Origin: an uncultured Bacillota bacterium
GTDB lineage: Bacteria; Bacillota; Clostridia; Christensenellales; UBA1242
Reading direction: 5' to 3'
Assembly: GCA_947090235.1 (NCBI GenBank)
Contig: CAMUNJ010000002.1
Location: 1 to 33,095 of the forward strand
Length of the DNA: 33,095 bases
This document shows, piece after piece, positions 8,998-16,520 of the stretch. The notes under the pieces were generated by a model. That model was not told where the DNA came from and made no database searches. It saw only the letters and a program-made list of their open reading frames with translations. Position numbers and translations under genes: made by a program. Position 1 is the first letter of the stretch. The number at the start of each line of letters is the position of its first letter.

Positions 8998-10110
8998 ATG
9001 GAACATCAGGCATTATATAGAAAATATAGACCTAAAAATTTTGAAGATGTTATTGGACAAGAACATATCACCAAAGCACTTGCAAATCAAGTGGCTTCTG
9101 GCAAACTTGGTCATGCCTATCTTTTTACAGGCTCACGCGGAATAGGCAAAACTTCAATTGCCCGTATCTTTGCAAAGGCGGTTAATTGCGAGAACAATCA
9201 TAACGGCTCACCTTGTGGAGAATGCGAAGTTTGCAAGCGACTTGATGGTGAAAGCGATATCAACATTATTGAAATTGATGCGGCTTCAAACAACCGAGTT
9301 GATGATGTGCGTGAAATAAGAGAAAAAGTTAAATTTATGCCAGTCGGTGCAAAGTATAAAGTTTATATCATTGACGAAGTGCATATGTTGACTGACTCTG
9401 CATTCAATGCACTGCTCAAAACTTTGGAAGAGCCACCAGCGCATGTCATTTTCATTTTGGCTACAACAGAAGTTCATAAACTTCCTGCAACTATTCTTTC
9501 TAGATGTGTTAGGTTTGACTTCAGGCTTGTCAGCGTTGTTGAACTAACTAAACTTCTTGCTAAAATATTATGTGAAGAAGGTATTAAGTATGAAGAGGAT
9601 GCACTTCGTCTTATTGCCTCGGCAGGTGAAGGCAGTGTGCGTGATACACTTTCAATTGCCGACTGTGTTATTTCTTATTCTGAAAACATTGTGACAAAAG
9701 AAAATGTTTTGAAAGTGCTTGGCACTACTGACTATGACCTCTTGTTAAGATTTTATGACCTGATGGCAGACAAAGACATCGGCGGAGTTTTAAGTTTTGT
9801 TGATGAACTTGACAAGACTGGCAAGAATTTGAGTGTTTTTGTAAGAGAACTTAGTAAGCACGCAAGAAACCTTCTTGTTGTATCATCTTGCGAAAGACCA
9901 AACGAGATTTTAAATCTTCCAGAAGAGGTGTTTGAAAAGTATAAAGTTCAAGCAAGCAAACTTGAAGAGAAAAAACTTCTTTCATACATGCAAGTGTTTG
10001 CTGGTGCTGAGAATGAACTTCGCTATACTTTAAGTCCAAGATTGCTTTTAGAAACACTTGCTTTATCTGCTATGCTTGGCGAAAGTGTAGAAAACGCAAA
10101 AAAAAACTAA
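8998..10110 (+). CDS. dnaX: DNA polymerase III subunit gamma/tau, 0-frame product covering clamp-loader domains I-III only
   Basis: YRPKNFEDVIGQEH, Walker A GSRGIGKTS, zinc module CGECEVC, DEVHML and SRC motifs. Ends GCA AAA AAA AAC TAA. Confidence 0.93.
   Translation: MEHQALYRKYRPKNFEDVIGQEHITKALANQVASGKLGHAYLFTGSRGIGKTSIARIFAKAVNCENNHNGSPCGECEVCKRLDGESDINIIEIDAASNNRVDDVREIREKVKFMPVGAKYKVYIIDEVHMLTDSAFNALLKTLEEPPAHVIFILATTEVHKLPATILSRCVRFDFRLVSVVELTKLLAKILCEEGIKYEEDALRLIASAGEGSVRDTLSIADCVISYSENIVTKENVLKVLGTTDYDLLLRFYDLMADKDIGGVLSFVDELDKTGKNLSVFVRELSKHARNLLVVSSCERPNEILNLPEEVFEKYKVQASKLEEKKLLSYMQVFAGAENELRYTLSPRLLLETLALSAMLGESVENAKKN
10098..10106 (+). repeat. A9 homopolymer / A_AAA_AAA slippery heptamer at the dnaX stop
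   Basis: Nine consecutive A directly 5' of the last sense codon and TAA (10108-10110). Confidence 0.9.
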
Positions 10111-10133
10111 AACAGACGGCTAATATAGGGCAG

Positions 10134-10445
10134 TTGTCTCCTAAAAATGTGTGGGGCAAGGTGGTATTGTTCTTAAAGGAGCATCATCAAGTTGCACTTC
10201 ATGTTGCTTGTGGAGATATAACCGATGTTGCACTTGACGGACAAAATTTGATTGTTAAAGCGGGTGATGGTATGCTTGCAAATCTTCTCGCTGATGGCAG
10301 ACGCGAAATTGAAAACGCGTTGCGTTGGCAGGGGTTAGACCTTTCTTTAAAGGTTGAAATCATTGAGCATAAACTCACACCACAAGAGGAAGACATACAA
10401 AAATTGCAAAAACTTGTTGGAGATTACTTAACTATAAAAGATTAA
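10134..10445 (+). CDS. DnaX C-terminal (tau-like) segment in the -1 frame relative to dnaX; probably not an independent gene
   Basis: The -1 frame is open from the A9 run through 10445. Only a TTG start, with no good SD. The NVWGKVVLFLKEHHQVALHVA..L.V pattern resembles, from memory, the C-terminal region of Firmicute DnaX. Confidence 0.55.
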   Translation: MSPKNVWGKVVLFLKEHHQVALHVACGDITDVALDGQNLIVKAGDGMLANLLADGRREIENALRWQGLDLSLKVEIIEHKLTPQEEDIQKLQKLVGDYLTIKD

Positions 10446-10459
10446 AGGAGAAAATTAAA

Positions 10460-10897
10460 ATGAACGAAAATAAAAAACCGAAAGTATTTAAAGTTTTAAA
10501 GGTAATAGCACCAATTTTATTGCTTGTGGGGATTGTTCTAATTATATTAGGAACGGCTGTATTTCCACAAACATGGGGTGGTCGTGCAGTTGGACCAAAT
10601 CCAGCGTTGTTTGTTCCAGGAATGATAATTGCATTTTCCTCAATTCCTTGTTTTTTTATTGGATATATGACAAATATTAACAAAACTATGATAAAAACAG
10701 CAAAATATATACAAGAAGATAACAAAGAAGATTTGACTGATATGGCAAATACTTCAGCGGATATCGCGAGTGGGGCAGTTACAAAAACAGCAAAGGCAAT
10801 AAAAGAAGGGTTAAAAGAATATAAATATTGCAGACATTGTGGCAAAAAAGTTGAAGAAGATTCGAAATTCTGCAAGCATTGTGGAAAAGAGCAATAG
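10460..10897 (+). CDS. Membrane protein with C-terminal zinc-ribbon (2 TM + CxxC-x10-CxxC)
   Basis: AAAGGAG SD. Hydrophobic segments VIAPILLLVGIVLIILGTAVF and PGMIIAFSSIPCFFIGY. C-terminus YCRHCGKKVEEDSKFCKHCGKEQ. Confidence 0.65.
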   Translation: MNENKKPKVFKVLKVIAPILLLVGIVLIILGTAVFPQTWGGRAVGPNPALFVPGMIIAFSSIPCFFIGYMTNINKTMIKTAKYIQEDNKEDLTDMANTSADIASGAVTKTAKAIKEGLKEYKYCRHCGKKVEEDSKFCKHCGKEQ

Positions 10898-10959
10898 TTT
10901 ATATGTGATATTTTTGATTCAAAGAAAAGAAATTCGAACAAACAAAAAGGAGAAAGATT

Positions 10960-11283
10960 ATGGCATATGGATTTGGAGGCGGTTTTGGCGGAGGCAATAT
11001 GCAAGCACTCATGCGTCAAGCCCAAAAAATGCAAGAAGATATTGCAAGAAAAAAGGAAGAATTAGATAACACAGAGTTTACATCATCAGTTGGTGGCGGA
11101 ATGGTTGAAATAAAAATGCTTGGTAATAGAACATTAAAATCAATCAAAATCAAGCCTGAAGTTGTTGATCCTGACGATGTTGAAATGCTTGAAGATTTAG
11201 TTGCAAGTGCAGTTAATGACTGTATTTCTCAAATTGCTAGGGCAGAAAAAGATGCAATGCCAGGCATGCCAGGAATGATGTAA
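10960..11283 (+). CDS. YbaB/EbfC-family nucleoid-associated protein
   Basis: NMQALMRQAQKMQEDI...GGGMVEIKMLGNRTLKSIKIKPEVVDPDDVEMLEDLV is the family pattern. Conserved dnaX-ybaB-recR context. Confidence 0.9.
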   Translation: MAYGFGGGFGGGNMQALMRQAQKMQEDIARKKEELDNTEFTSSVGGGMVEIKMLGNRTLKSIKIKPEVVDPDDVEMLEDLVASAVNDCISQIARAEKDAMPGMPGMM

Positions 11284-11873
11284 TGCAAGAAAAATCTATT
11301 GAACGACTTATAGAGCAGTTTCGTACTCTTCCAGGTGTTGGCTATAAAACGGCACAAAGATATGCTTACTCAATTATCGAGGGTAGCAAATCTCGTGCTG
11401 ATGCTTTTGTTGACGCAATAAAAGATGTAAAAGAAAATGTTGGCTTTTGCGAAGTTTGTGGCAATTTCACAAACGAAAAAGTTTGTCCAATATGCAAACA
11501 CCGCAATCGCAAAATTATCTGCGTTGTTAAAGACCCAAAAGATATAATCTCAATGGAACGCGTAAAAAGTTATAACGGAGTTTATCATGTATTGTTTGGC
11601 ACAATAAGCCCGCTTGAAAATCGTGGTCCAGAAGATATAAAAATTCGTGAGCTTTTGGCAAGAGTTAATGAGGACGGCGTTGAAGAAGTGATTATGGCAA
11701 CTAATCCTGATGTTGAGGGTGATGCAACAGCAATGTATATTGCAAAAATTTTAAAACCACTTGGCGTCAAAGTGACACGCCTTGCTCAAGGTGTTGCAAT
11801 GGGCTCTGATATTGAATATGCAGACGAAGTGACACTTGAAAGGGCTTTGGAAGCGAGAAGATCGTTAAACTAA
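11283..11873 (+). CDS. recR: Recombination protein RecR
   Basis: LIEQFRTLPGVGYKTAQRYAY (HhH), C4 zinc finger CEVCGNFT..CPICK and a Toprim region. ATG overlaps the ybaB stop. Confidence 0.93.
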   Translation: MQEKSIERLIEQFRTLPGVGYKTAQRYAYSIIEGSKSRADAFVDAIKDVKENVGFCEVCGNFTNEKVCPICKHRNRKIICVVKDPKDIISMERVKSYNGVYHVLFGTISPLENRGPEDIKIRELLARVNEDGVEEVIMATNPDVEGDATAMYIAKILKPLGVKVTRLAQGVAMGSDIEYADEVTLERALEARRSLN

Positions 11874-11934
11874 ATTTGAATATTAATTTCTCACTGGTTG
11901 CAAGCAAAGGCTTCGAAATTAATATTCAAATTTA
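11871..11934 (+). terminator. 20-bp perfect inverted repeat downstream of recR (probable terminator)
   Basis: taaatttgaatattaatttc (11871-11890) and gaaattaatattcaaattta (11915-11934) with a 24-nt loop. The left arm starts at the recR stop codon. Confidence 0.5.
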
Positions 11935-11956
11935 GTTTTAAAAGGAAGAAAATGAA

Positions 11957-12463
11957 ATGATAATTTTAGATTGTTATAGAGATTTATGGTTGGCTGATAA
12001 TATAAAAGAACAAAAATTTATTGGTTTTTATCCTAGAGAGTTCTTTTGTTTTGATAATTTTTCATCGTTTGGATTTATTTATAGGGGTATTAAATATCCA
12101 ACAGTGGAGCATGCATACCAAGCAATGAAATTTGTTGATACTGCACCAGAAATTGCAATGCAAATCACAGAGTGTTTGTCAGCAGATCAGGCAAAAAGAA
12201 TTGCTTTTGCAAATCAAGATAAACAAAGAAAAGATTGGAAAGTGGTTAATGTTTCAATTATGGAAGAGTTGTTAATAGCGAAATTGGAACAAAATCCATA
12301 TGTAAAACAAAAACTCCTTGAAACAAAAGATTATATAATTTGTGAAGATAGTCCAAAAGACGATTTTTGGGGGATTGGGCCAAATAGAGATGGCAGAAAT
12401 GAACTTGGCAAACTTTGGATGAAATTGAGGAATGAATTGAAAGACCAAACGGAGAAAAAATGA
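11957..12463 (+). CDS. NADAR-family protein (YbiA/DUF1768-like)
   Basis: FYPREFFCFDNFSSFGFIYRGIKYPTVEHAYQAMKF and DDFWGIG..GRNELGKLWM match the NADAR domain pattern. Confidence 0.75.
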   Translation: MIILDCYRDLWLADNIKEQKFIGFYPREFFCFDNFSSFGFIYRGIKYPTVEHAYQAMKFVDTAPEIAMQITECLSADQAKRIAFANQDKQRKDWKVVNVSIMEELLIAKLEQNPYVKQKLLETKDYIICEDSPKDDFWGIGPNRDGRNELGKLWMKLRNELKDQTEKK

Positions 12464-14223
12464 TTAAAGAAGAAATTGAAAATTTATTGAATGAGGCGTG
12501 CAAAAAGGCAGGACTACAAGATGCTGAAATGAAAGTATCTTTTTCTAATCTGCCTGAGCTTTGTGATTTTCAATGCAACAATGCTTTTGCACTTGCTAAA
12601 AAAATTGGCAAAAATCCACTTGAAATAGCAGAAACAATTGTCAATAATATTGAAGAAAACGAAATTATAACTGTTGAGGCTGTTAAACCTGCGTTTATCA
12701 ATATAAAACTCACACAAAAATCACTCGAGAAGGTGGCTGAGGAATGTTTAGTAGCAGAACTTGGCGGACTTGAAAAACACAAAAATACAAAAAAAATCAT
12801 TATGGATTATGGTGGTGCGAATGTTGCAAAAGCATTACATATGGGGCATTTGCGTAGTCCTATAATTGGTGAGGGTTTGAAGCGACTTTATCGTATTTTT
12901 GGTGATGAAGTAATCTCTGATGTTCATCTTGGTGATTGGGGACTACAAATGGGTTTGACTGAACTTCAATTAAAGCTGGACGGAGTTTTAGACTATTATT
13001 TTACTGGGAAAGGAAAAGAGCCAGAAATTACTTTAGATATGCTTAATGAAGCCTATCCAAAAGCAAGTGCAAGAAAGAACGAAGATAAAGAGTTTTTAGC
13101 ACAAGCCGAAGATATTACATTAAAAATTCAAAAGAAAGAAGAGCCATATTTTACAATTTACAAGAAAATTCGTGAAGTTTCAGTTTCAAAAATTAAACAA
13201 CATTATGGCGAGCTAGGGGCAACTTTTGATCTTTGGTATGGCGAAAGCGATGCAAGTAAATATATTGACAGGGCAGTTAATCTTTTTGTTGAAAAAGGTT
13301 TGACTCGTGAAAGCGAAGGGGCTTTAATTGTTGATGTAGCCAGAGAGGGGGAACATATTCCAATTCCAAAGAAAAATCCTGATGACCCTCAAATGTATAA
13401 AAATCCTATGCCTCCTGCAATTATTAAAAAGCATAATGGGGCAGATCTTTATGCGACAACAGACATTGCAACAATTTTGATGCGTAATGAGAATTATAAC
13501 AATGTTGATGAAATTCAATATATTGTTGATAATCGTCAATCACAACATTTTACTCAGGTTTTTCGTTGTTGCAAACTTTCTGGCATTTCTCCAGAAAAAC
13601 AAAAACTCACTCATATTGGCTATGGTACAATGAATGGTGCAGATGGCAAACCTTTCAAAACTCGCAGTGGTGATACAATTAAACTTGAAGATATTATCAA
13701 TATGCTTGTAGAAAAGGCTAGCGAAAAATTAAAATCTAATGGGGTTGAAGTTAGTCGTGATTTAGCATTAAAAATTGGTGTTGGAGCAATGAAATTTGGC
13801 GACCTCTCAAACACAATTGCCAAAGATTATGTTTTTGATCTAGATAAATTTCTTGCTTTTGAAGGTAAGACTGGGCCATATATTCAATACACTGTTGCTC
13901 GTATAAACTCAATTTTAAACAAGGTAGATATTGAGGGTGGAAAAATTCAAATTGAAGATAAAGAAGAACACGACATAATTTTAGCAATTTTAAAACTTAT
14001 AAATGCTTATGAGATTTGTTATCAAGATCGCTCACTCAATGCTCTTTGTTTGGCGTCTTATGATTTGGCATCCGCTTTTTCAACTTTCTATAACAATCAC
14101 CACATTTTGAATGAAAGTGACAAAGAAAAACAAGCAAGTTATGTTTCACTTCTTAAACTAGTTAAGAAAGAGCTGACTCAAGCACTTAATGTTTTGGGAA
14201 TTGAACTTCCTGAACGCATGTAA
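12460..14223 (+). CDS. argS: Arginine--tRNA ligase
   Basis: MDYGGANVAKALHMGHLRSPIIGE (HIGH-type motif), GADLYATTDIATI, and a C-terminal DALR-type anticodon-binding region ending ..GIELPERM. ATGA overlap with the NADAR gene. Confidence 0.9.
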   Translation: MIKEEIENLLNEACKKAGLQDAEMKVSFSNLPELCDFQCNNAFALAKKIGKNPLEIAETIVNNIEENEIITVEAVKPAFINIKLTQKSLEKVAEECLVAELGGLEKHKNTKKIIMDYGGANVAKALHMGHLRSPIIGEGLKRLYRIFGDEVISDVHLGDWGLQMGLTELQLKLDGVLDYYFTGKGKEPEITLDMLNEAYPKASARKNEDKEFLAQAEDITLKIQKKEEPYFTIYKKIREVSVSKIKQHYGELGATFDLWYGESDASKYIDRAVNLFVEKGLTRESEGALIVDVAREGEHIPIPKKNPDDPQMYKNPMPPAIIKKHNGADLYATTDIATILMRNENYNNVDEIQYIVDNRQSQHFTQVFRCCKLSGISPEKQKLTHIGYGTMNGADGKPFKTRSGDTIKLEDIINMLVEKASEKLKSNGVEVSRDLALKIGVGAMKFGDLSNTIAKDYVFDLDKFLAFEGKTGPYIQYTVARINSILNKVDIEGGKIQIEDKEEHDIILAILKLINAYEICYQDRSLNALCLASYDLASAFSTFYNNHHILNESDKEKQASYVSLLKLVKKELTQALNVLGIELPERM

Positions 14224-14330
14224 CGAACCAGATGTTCGACGATTTTCAATGGGGTGTATTTGAAACTCAAGCCATAATTAATTCACCCTCGAACTAGATG
14301 ATGCACGACTAAAAAGGTGCATAATGCACC

Positions 14331-14358
14331 AAAAAACACGGAAATCTCCGTGTTTTTT
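14331..14358. terminator. Bidirectional terminator between argS and the convergent 310-aa gene
   Basis: aaaaaacacgga-aatc-tccgtgtttttt: 7-bp stem, 4-nt loop, A-run and T-run on either side. Confidence 0.8.
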
Positions 14359-15289
14359 ATTGTTGTTGACTATTTGATGCTTCAATTGTATCATATTTTG
14401 CAAGCATAATTTCTTTTAAGTGATTAAATTCATCTTCATCTAAGTTTGTAAACGTATATGAACAATCTCTGCTACAATTCGACACAAAATAGTTGGTCAA
14501 ACAATTATTTTCGTCAATTGTAAATGAAAAGGTTTGGCGTTGAAGGTTTGGAGATCCTCGATCTATTGGGCACGTGGTTGAAATAGTTAAAGTTTCATTT
14601 TCGTTTGAGAGTGAGATTGTTTCAGTGTCGTCCACTACAAAATCGGGCAGGAAGTTGTAAATGTTGGTCTTATAACTCATAGTATTTGTATAACGACCAT
14701 ATAACTCACCTTCACTTGTTATTGTTTGAGTGTCAAATCTTATTGGAGTTCCAGTTTGAGCTATAAACGCAGTTGCAGGCTTGCTTGCTGCTTGATAAAA
14801 TTTTTTGTCTGAAATGCTTTCATAAACGCTATAATAGTCTTTATTTCCTTCCTTGGCTTTTATTTCTGTTTTAGTCCATGAATAGCCATCTCCATATTTT
14901 TCAACACCTGAAGACCCAAGTTTTAAAAAGTTTGAAGATTCAAGAGTGTTGTCGAATGCGATATACAGAATTTTATTAACGGCAGCTTGTTGAACATCAA
15001 ACAATCTTTCTTCTACATGTTCTTTTGCACGAGAGTTGTATGGCTTTATTAATTTATTAACCTTTGTTTTGATTTGGTCAGCAGCTTCTACAAATTCAAA
15101 AATGTCATCAATTTCAGTTATAGTTTCTTTTTTATCAATTAATTCTTGGATAATCGCATAGGATTGTTCGTATGCTTTTGCTTCTTGTTTTTTGATTGCA
15201 GAATTAATGCCTACAAAAATAAAAATTCCGCCAATTATTGCTGTAGACAAGCCTAAACATAATCCTGTCGTTATTTTGTCTTTATCCAT
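14357..15289 (-). CDS. N-terminally membrane-anchored extracytoplasmic protein, unknown function
   Basis: AGGAGG SD. N-terminal TM GLCLGLSTAIIGGIFIFVGI followed by a hydrophilic Ser/Thr/Asn-rich domain with several Cys near the C-terminus. No family recognised. Confidence 0.7.
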   Translation of the reverse strand: MDKDKITTGLCLGLSTAIIGGIFIFVGINSAIKKQEAKAYEQSYAIIQELIDKKETITEIDDIFEFVEAADQIKTKVNKLIKPYNSRAKEHVEERLFDVQQAAVNKILYIAFDNTLESSNFLKLGSSGVEKYGDGYSWTKTEIKAKEGNKDYYSVYESISDKKFYQAASKPATAFIAQTGTPIRFDTQTITSEGELYGRYTNTMSYKTNIYNFLPDFVVDDTETISLSNENETLTISTTCPIDRGSPNLQRQTFSFTIDENNCLTNYFVSNCSRDCSYTFTNLDEDEFNHLKEIMLAKYDTIEASNSQQQ

Positions 15290-15333
15290 ATTTTACCTCC
15301 TAAATTTAGATAAAAAAGTTATCCACAATTCCT

Positions 15334-15357
15334 ATTATACTCGGGGGGGGGTGTCAA
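15334..15357 (-). promoter_or_regulatory. Promoter with consensus -35 and -10 hexamers separated by a homopolymer-dominated 12-nt spacer
   Basis: Reverse complement reads TTGACA-CCCCCCCCCGAG-TATAAT. It is followed ~40 nt later by AGGAGG and the ATG of the 310-aa gene. Confidence 0.55.
15343..15351. repeat. G9 (C9 on the coding strand) homopolymer inside the promoter spacer
   Basis: Nine consecutive G read directly from the sequence. By eye this is the longest G/C run in the AT-rich window. Confidence 0.95.
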
Positions 15358-15499
15358 GCCTTTTTTGAAATTTCTTTAAAAAATTTGAAGTTTTTATGTA
15401 AAATTATGGGAAAATAGACTGTTTTATCAACAAAAGGCAGATATTTATATTTCTAATTTTAGCGGTCTGAAAATATTTTAAAAATTTTTAAAAAAGGTA

Positions 15500-15528
15500 T
15501 TTACATTTGCTCAAAAGTGTGCTATAAT
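15500..15528 (+). promoter_or_regulatory. Strong sigma-70-type promoter with extended -10
   Basis: TTTACA (15500-15505), 17-nt spacer, TGcTATAAT (15520-15528). Confidence 0.65.
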
Positions 15529-15553
15529 ACAAGCATAAATGGAGGAAATAATT

Positions 15554-15697
15554 ATGGTAAAACTTGAATCAAAATTAACTGCAACTATTCTTGCAAAAGA
15601 AGCATATAAACATTTTGGAACTCAATTTGGCAATGTTAAAGGTCAAACCACAAACGATTACAAATCTAAAAATATTGGAATTGAATTTGATTTATAA
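15554..15697 (+). CDS. Small 47-aa protein, unknown function (absent from the ORF track)
   Basis: ATG 15554 is preceded by GGAGG (15541-15545). Translation MVKLESKLTATILAKEAYKHFGTQFGNVKGQTTNDYKSKNIGIEFDL, stop TAA 15695-15697. Bracketed by a near-consensus promoter and a hairpin with T-run. Confidence 0.6.
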   Translation: MVKLESKLTATILAKEAYKHFGTQFGNVKGQTTNDYKSKNIGIEFDL

Positions 15698-15715
15698 TTC
15701 ACATAGTTTATTTTA

Positions 15716-15741
15716 GAGAGGGGAGTTTTCCCCTTTTTTTA
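15716..15741 (+). terminator. Intrinsic terminator/attenuator between the 47-aa ORF and the 220-aa ORF
   Basis: agagagggg-agtttt-cccctttttttt. The T-run ends 7 nt before the SD of the next gene. Confidence 0.6.
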
Positions 15742-15756
15742 AATCATGGAGGGGTT

Positions 15757-16419
15757 ATGAAGTACTTAGATTTAATAGAAGAATTAAGTAATCAAACGGC
15801 AAATGTTTACACCTTGCGAAGGCTGGAAGAGATATTTAAAAAGAATAAGCCGATTGCAAAAAAAGAAATACATAAAGTTTATGATATAATGACTACTTTG
15901 CGATTATTAAGTGCTCATAGTTGGCATAGAATTAAGAAAAGGGTTAATCAAGAAGATGGATTGAAAGAAGAGGCTTTTATAAGATTTTGTCAATTTCATA
16001 CTATGATTCAACAAACAAAAATTTTAGAGGAAATGATACAAGTTTGTTCTTGTAATAATAGATATCAAATTTTACAAGACAAAATACAGGAGTCATTAAA
16101 ACTTTCTCAAGATTTATTTGATAGAATTCCTCTTGAATTGAAGATTTATCAAGAAAAAGTTATGGCTGATATGAAGACGCTAAGGCCACAAATATTTAAT
16201 AGCAGGTTGATTTTTCATAAAACTACTCTTGCTCCACAAAGAAAAGAAACAAAGGATTTTATTCGGAGCAAAGATGATACAGGAAGGATTGTACAATTTG
16301 ATGATTTAATACCTCATGCTTTTTATTATGGGGATAATATAAGGCGATGCGGTAGTATTTCTGCTTTAATGAGGAACAATAAAAAGATAGAAGAATTAGG
16401 TTTTGAAAACGATTTTTGA
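15757..16419 (+). CDS. Hypothetical 220-aa protein (predicted soluble, helix-rich)
   Basis: GGAGGGG SD. No family recognised. There is no room for its own promoter after the upstream terminator. Confidence 0.6.
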   Translation: MKYLDLIEELSNQTANVYTLRRLEEIFKKNKPIAKKEIHKVYDIMTTLRLLSAHSWHRIKKRVNQEDGLKEEAFIRFCQFHTMIQQTKILEEMIQVCSCNNRYQILQDKIQESLKLSQDLFDRIPLELKIYQEKVMADMKTLRPQIFNSRLIFHKTTLAPQRKETKDFIRSKDDTGRIVQFDDLIPHAFYYGDNIRRCGSISALMRNNKKIEELGFENDF

Positions 16420-16469
16420 TTAAAATTTAGTATTTTTTGATAAAATCTATAAAAATTTCATAAATTATT

Positions 16470-16497
16470 TTGATTTTTTTAACTTTTATGGTAAAAT
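16470..16497 (+). promoter_or_regulatory. Putative promoter of the HicB-like gene (extended -10)
   Basis: TTGATT, 16-nt spacer, TGgTAAAAT (16489-16497). Confidence 0.4.
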
Positions 16498-16520
16498 CAA
16501 AATTAATAGGAGCCTAAAAT

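Noticed and set aside
10432-11034. 200-aa ORF antisense to the zinc-ribbon gene and the ybaB start
   Set aside because: No SD and an implausible Cys/Phe-rich composition. It overlaps two genes that have clear family patterns and SDs on the other strand.
15319-15327. Exact DnaA-box consensus TTATCCACA in the 5' UTR of the 310-aa gene
   Set aside because: A single isolated 9-mer with no cluster, no adjacent AT-rich unwinding element and no dnaA/dnaN context. One chance occurrence in a window this size is not surprising.
15900-15920. R-x4-H string (RLLSAH) in the 220-aa protein as a HEPN nuclease motif
   Set aside because: A six-residue pattern occurs by chance in many proteins, and its N-terminal position is atypical. 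It is kept only as a weak note in the module finding, not as an annotation.
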